In this document: positions 59,965 through 64,000 of the stretch, one piece after another | Layout: each line of letters begins with the position of its first letter | Numbering within the stretch: the stretch's first letter is position 1 | Source of the DNA: Opitutales bacterium | Lineage (GTDB): Bacteria > Verrucomicrobiota > Verrucomicrobiia > Opitutales > Seribacteraceae | DNA length: 64,000 nt | Assembly: GCA_028045305.1 (NCBI GenBank) | Contig: JAOFTV010000009.1 | Span: 2,399-66,398, forward strand | Direction of reading: 5' to 3' | Translations under genes and position numbers: made by a program | The notes under the pieces: model-generated | Database searches by the model: none | What the model saw: the letters and a program-made list of their open reading frames with translations, nothing else | Told to the model about the DNA's origin: nothing

Positions 59965-60945
59965 TCAGGAAGAAGCCATGCGGTTGCGGTATCCCTCAAC
60001 TTCAATCATGGGGGGTCTTTCTTCTTCGATGACTTCCTGGACTACTTGGTGGTATTTACCTTCTTCAACCTCGAAGCGTCGATAAAATGTTTCCAAATCA
60101 GGCATCCGATCCAATTTTCCTTGAGCATGCAGGCGGTTAAAAAAGGTCTGAAGGATACCAAAACTCATTTTCCCCAGCGCATTTGTGGTTTGGTTTCGAT
60201 GAACCCTGCGGTCGAGATCGGTTTGGGCAAAAGTTTCCAAGCCGTGCATCGCGTAGAGGTCTAAAAGGTGTGAAGTTTCCACTCCATATCCAATAGGAAA
60301 AGGAATTTTTTCGAGTACTTCACGACGGGCTGCATATTCTCCAGAGAGTGGTTGAATGATGTGGGAAAGTTCAGGAAAAAAGAGAGAGAAAAGCGGGCGG
60401 ATAAGAATCTCGGTAACCCTGCCACCTCCGCTTGGACGAAGACCGCTCGAGTAATTAAGAGGTCGGTCATAAAATGCCTTTACATATGAAATCTCATCCC
60501 GGTGAATCAAGGGGGCAACCAGTCCATAAACAAATCGTGGGTGGATATTTGAAATATCAGCGTCAACATAGCAAATAATGTCTCCCTTGAGTTGATGAAT
60601 AGCTTTCCACAAGTTTTCTCCTTTTCCGCGCTTGTCCCCAACCTCGGGAAGAATATCGGAAGCTAGGTAGACATCCGCACCATAGTTCTTGGCAACCTCA
60701 AGAGTTTTATCCATCGAACCCGAATCGATCACCGCAAATTCATCGATTAGGGGATAACGTTCCATCAATTCAGAACGAAGAATCAAAACTTCTTTTCCAA
60801 TGGTTTTTTCTTCGTTTAAAGTTGGAATGCAGAGGGAAATTTTAAGGCCTTTTTTTTCTTTCTCTTCAACCAGTTTAATTAAGTCCCAAAAGTCCGCGTG
60901 ATGAAAGGTATTCCTTTCCAACCAATTCTCGTTAATTTTATTCAT
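59965..60945 (-). CDS. gpgS: Glucosyl-3-phosphoglycerate synthase (GT81)
   Basis: IPTLNEE, GKGENLW, DAD, VKAFYDRP, GGGRVTE, QPLSGEYA and GYGVE. Confidence 0.9.
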   Translation of the reverse strand: MNKINENWLERNTFHHADFWDLIKLVEEKEKKGLKISLCIPTLNEEKTIGKEVLILRSELMERYPLIDEFAVIDSGSMDKTLEVAKNYGADVYLASDILPEVGDKRGKGENLWKAIHQLKGDIICYVDADISNIHPRFVYGLVAPLIHRDEISYVKAFYDRPLNYSSGLRPSGGGRVTEILIRPLFSLFFPELSHIIQPLSGEYAARREVLEKIPFPIGYGVETSHLLDLYAMHGLETFAQTDLDRRVHRNQTTNALGKMSFGILQTFFNRLHAQGKLDRMPDLETFYRRFEVEEGKYHQVVQEVIEEERPPMIEVEGYRNRMASS

Positions 60946-62129
60946 GAATCACAAATGCCTTGGTCAATTGCTTGGATTAGGGTGACGAGTTGAGTCATAC
61001 CTGCATAGAGAGGGTCAAGTTGTACGGTTTCGTTGATCTCACGCAAATTCTCCACGGTGGTCAATCCGAGGGTGACCGCTGGTAGACCACTTAGGATCAA
61101 AGCGTTAAGGTCCCCTGTGCTTGGGTCGACCTTTGGAGTAATCCCGGCTTCCTGCATAATTGATCGCGTGGTCTTTACTAAAGGGTGGGTAAAAGGAATG
61201 CTGCAATTTTGTCTTTTAGCCACAACTTCCATGCTTACCAGGGTACCTGTCTCGGCAGAAAATTGTTCACATATCTCGTTGAGCTGGTCCTCCATCTGAC
61301 CGATGATATCGTTATCTTCGCTGGTGATTTCAAAACGTAAGGTTCCTTGCTTGGGTGAAGTATTAAAACTTGAACCACAACGAAGTCCTCCAAAAACCAA
61401 TTGTGTTTTTGGTTCTTTGGGAATGGGAATTTCCCGGATCTGGTTGATTAGACCGGTTACATGACTGATCGCTCCAGAAGCCCCAAATCTTTTCCAGTCA
61501 TAATCGCTGGGCACTTGCAAGGTAATCTCTCCTCGTAAGGTTCCGAGACCGGAATAACTCAATCGTCCAAGAGTCGAACCCTCTACACAAATACCTGCAC
61601 GGGCTGGTATGCTCATGGTTTCGAGAAAGCCACTTGCACCCTCAAGGTTTGCTCGGCCAAGACTTCGCGAATTGGCAACGAGAATAAGATCGTCCCGCAA
61701 CTGTATTCCCAAATCATCGAGCAGGCGGGGTAGGGCGATCATCGCGGCAAGCCCCAGGGCATTATCGGCAATGCCAGGTCCACGCATGTGATCAGAACCC
61801 ACTTGAATCTCGTGCCTGACTTCCTGGGAAAAGACGCTGTCGGCATGGGCCATAACCAGAATGGATGATTGACCTTCAGTTCCTGGAAGGTGAGCAGATG
61901 CATTTCCAAATTCATCAATTGTTGGCGAGCTCAGTCCATTCTCCCGAAAACGGTCAACCACTGCACGAATACGTTCATCTTCCCCATAGGTGGGGGAAGG
62001 GATTTCTCCAAGCAACACTGTATCGGTTAAAAAAGAATCCCGCTTTTCACTAATTGTTTTGACCCGTTCAGGGATTTGATCAAGCAGTCCGCTAAGTGCT
62101 GTTTCACGATCAATTTCTTGTGTTTCCAT
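60942..62129 (-). CDS. M20/M25/M40-family peptidase-fold protein, possibly inactive
   Basis: EIPSPTYGE, AHADSVF, GPGIADN; the usual EE and C-terminal H motifs are not evident. Confidence 0.75.
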   Translation of the reverse strand: METQEIDRETALSGLLDQIPERVKTISEKRDSFLTDTVLLGEIPSPTYGEDERIRAVVDRFRENGLSSPTIDEFGNASAHLPGTEGQSSILVMAHADSVFSQEVRHEIQVGSDHMRGPGIADNALGLAAMIALPRLLDDLGIQLRDDLILVANSRSLGRANLEGASGFLETMSIPARAGICVEGSTLGRLSYSGLGTLRGEITLQVPSDYDWKRFGASGAISHVTGLINQIREIPIPKEPKTQLVFGGLRCGSSFNTSPKQGTLRFEITSEDNDIIGQMEDQLNEICEQFSAETGTLVSMEVVAKRQNCSIPFTHPLVKTTRSIMQEAGITPKVDPSTGDLNALILSGLPAVTLGLTTVENLREINETVQLDPLYAGMTQLVTLIQAIDQGICDS

Positions 62130-62268
62130 CGGGTATAGAGTTAAGGAGGGAAGCAGATTTTTGCAAAGCCTAACCGAAAAAATCGTTTTAGAGGTTGAAA
62201 TAGAAGAGCCCTTACTCCATCACCCAAAAGGATAAGGTATGATGGATTTTCGCTTTTTAATTAAATAG

Positions 62269-63525
62269 ATGGCTAAAAATATAGGATTTGTTTCGACTCG
62301 TTTTGCCGGGCAGGACGGGGTTTCGCTTGAAAGTGCAAAATGGGCAGAAGTGCTCTGGGAAGATCATCACGTCAGTTTCTGGTACAGCGGTCAGAGCGAC
62401 CGAAATCCCGATATTAGCCATGTTGTCCCTGAGGCTTATTTCGGATTTCCGGAAAACCAGTGGATTAACCAACAAATCTGGAAAGGTGAGCCTCGTGATC
62501 GTTTTGTGACTGAACGCATAAGAGCCATGGCCGACTACCTTAAAAGTACCCTGTATCGATATGTGGAGAAGTTTTCCATCGATCTTATAATTCCCCAAAA
62601 TTGCCTGGCCATTCCTATGCATGTACCGTTGGGAATCGCCCTAACGGAATTTCTTTCGGAAACAAGAATGCCTGCCATTGCCCATCACCATGATTTTTAC
62701 TGGGAACGCACCCGTTTTTCGGTCAATTGTATCCCGGAATATCTTGATATGAGTTTTCCGCCCAAACTGGGCAATATGCGCGATGTGGTCATCAATGAAG
62801 AAGCACAAGAGCAATTGGCCCTGCGTAAAGGAAGTGCCTCCTTGGTCATTCCGAATGTTTTCGACTTCGAAAACCCTCCAGAACCAGTCGATGAATATGC
62901 CTCCGATGTCCGTGATGAGCTTGGTCTGTCGGAGGATGACTTTTTTATTTTGCAACCGACCCGGGTAGTTCCACGCAAGGGTATCGAACAGGCAATTAAA
63001 CTCGTCAGTATGCTTAAGGATCCGCGCTGTAAACTGGTTATCTCACATGAAGCAGGAGACGAAGGATACGAGTACTTGGGCATGCTCGAACAACTGGCCA
63101 AGGAAGAAGGAGTGGATATGCGCATTGTAGCCGACCGGGTGGGAGAAGTCAGGCAGCGAGATTCCGACGGCCGAAAAGTTTATACCCTTTGGGACCTTTA
63201 TCACCATGCCGATTTTGTCACTTACCCGAGTACTTACGAGGGTTTTGGAAATGCTCTTTTGGAAGCGATCTACTTTCGCAAACCTGTATTAATCAACCGT
63301 TATTCGATTTTTGTACGTGATATTGAACCCAAGGGTTTTCGCTTGCTCACCATTGATGGCTTTGTCACTCCGACAATCGCTCGGCAAGTCCGTCAAATTC
63401 TGACTGATTCCGAATTAAGCGAGAAGATCGTTAACCACAATTACGAAGTAGCCAGGCAATTTTATTCCTACTCCACTATTCGGAGCAACTTACGGGCTTT
63501 TATCGCCGATTTGACCGGTTACTAA
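62269..63525 (+). CDS. GT4 glycosyltransferase, similar to mannosylglucosylglycerate synthase
   Basis: DGVSLES.KW, HHHDFYWER, LQPTRVVPRKGIE and YPSTYEGFGNALLE. Confidence 0.8.
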   Translation: MAKNIGFVSTRFAGQDGVSLESAKWAEVLWEDHHVSFWYSGQSDRNPDISHVVPEAYFGFPENQWINQQIWKGEPRDRFVTERIRAMADYLKSTLYRYVEKFSIDLIIPQNCLAIPMHVPLGIALTEFLSETRMPAIAHHHDFYWERTRFSVNCIPEYLDMSFPPKLGNMRDVVINEEAQEQLALRKGSASLVIPNVFDFENPPEPVDEYASDVRDELGLSEDDFFILQPTRVVPRKGIEQAIKLVSMLKDPRCKLVISHEAGDEGYEYLGMLEQLAKEEGVDMRIVADRVGEVRQRDSDGRKVYTLWDLYHHADFVTYPSTYEGFGNALLEAIYFRKPVLINRYSIFVRDIEPKGFRLLTIDGFVTPTIARQVRQILTDSELSEKIVNHNYEVARQFYSYSTIRSNLRAFIADLTGY

Positions 63526-63532
63526 GTAAAAT

Positions 63533-64000
63533 ATGAGCTATTTCACTCAAACTGCTATCAAGCACATCTCCAGCACACGTTTAAAACTTCTGCGCCGAAG
63601 ACTGGGTAAACTCTACGGAATGGATCGGGCTGACCGCTTGCTCGATCGGATGTACCAAATGATCGGCCGGTATGGAGTGGGAGTGGGATTATCTCCCAAT
63701 ACAGGCCCATCCGGGCTAAGTCAGCAGGATGTAGTCTTGATTTCCTATGCAGATATGGTGCAGGCAAAGGATCGGGCTCCTCTCGAAGTTTTACGACAGT
63801 TCTGCACCCAACGGTTAAAAGGAGCGGTTTCCACCATTCACTTCTTACCCTTTTATCCATGGACTTCGGATGATGGATTTTCCGTGGTCGATTACCGACA
63901 GGTTCACAAGGATTATGGGAGTTGGTCGGATATCGAAAAATTTGCAGATGATTTTCAGTTGATGTTTGATTTAGTGCTCAACCATTGCTCATCCAAAAGC
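63533..64000 (+). CDS. GH13_18 sugar phosphorylase (glucosylglycerate/sucrose phosphorylase family), truncated by the window edge
   Basis: Not in the ORF track; manual translation from ATG 63533 gives VVLISYAD, IHFLPFYPWTSDDGFSVVDY and LMFDLVLNHCS. Confidence 0.88.
   Translation, partial: MSYFTQTAIKHISSTRLKLLRRRLGKLYGMDRADRLLDRMYQMIGRYGVGVGLSPNTGPSGLSQQDVVLISYADMVQAKDRAPLEVLRQFCTQRLKGAVSTIHFLPFYPWTSDDGFSVVDYRQVHKDYGSWSDIEKFADDFQLMFDLVLNHCSSKS

Noticed and set aside
63558-63860. 100-aa minus-strand ORF
   Set aside because: Antisense to the GH13_18 phosphorylase starting at 63533

Overview
A gene-dense bacterial chromosomal window with about 48 CDS. I found no rRNA, tRNA, CRISPR array or mobile element. 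Gene content suggests a Verrucomicrobiota (Opitutales-like) genome; this is inference from a long GreA, rpsP-trmD-rplS without rimM, mcsA-mcsB-clpC without an adjacent ctsR, and an archaeal/eukaryotic-type ProRS. Most of it is housekeeping: mcsA-mcsB-clpC, ndk, ispDEF, pyrF, PTS EI/HPr, pgsA/pgpA, coaD, greA, prlC, def, eno, proS, panC-nadB-panE, an RND efflux operon, rpsP-trmD-rplS, and a glucosylglycerate-type compatible-solute cluster. The unusual part is a co-directional envelope block at 26.4-42.0 kb with four components. (i) A translationally coupled pair with MotA/ExbB-like and MotB/ExbD-like proton-channel motifs, fused to a large periplasmic domain and to a coiled coil ending in an apparently inactive HtrA-like domain. 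(ii) A Campylobacter-type PglB oligosaccharyltransferase carrying extra CxCxxC and LysM-like inserts; D/E-x-N-x-S/T sequons are concentrated in exported proteins across the window. (iii) A large FecR-domain protein with an acidic repeat linker, followed by an outer-membrane beta-barrel and two FecR-like paralogs. (iv) A COG3014-YcfL-LpoB lipoprotein triad. All assignments come from motif recognition by eye; no database searches were run.
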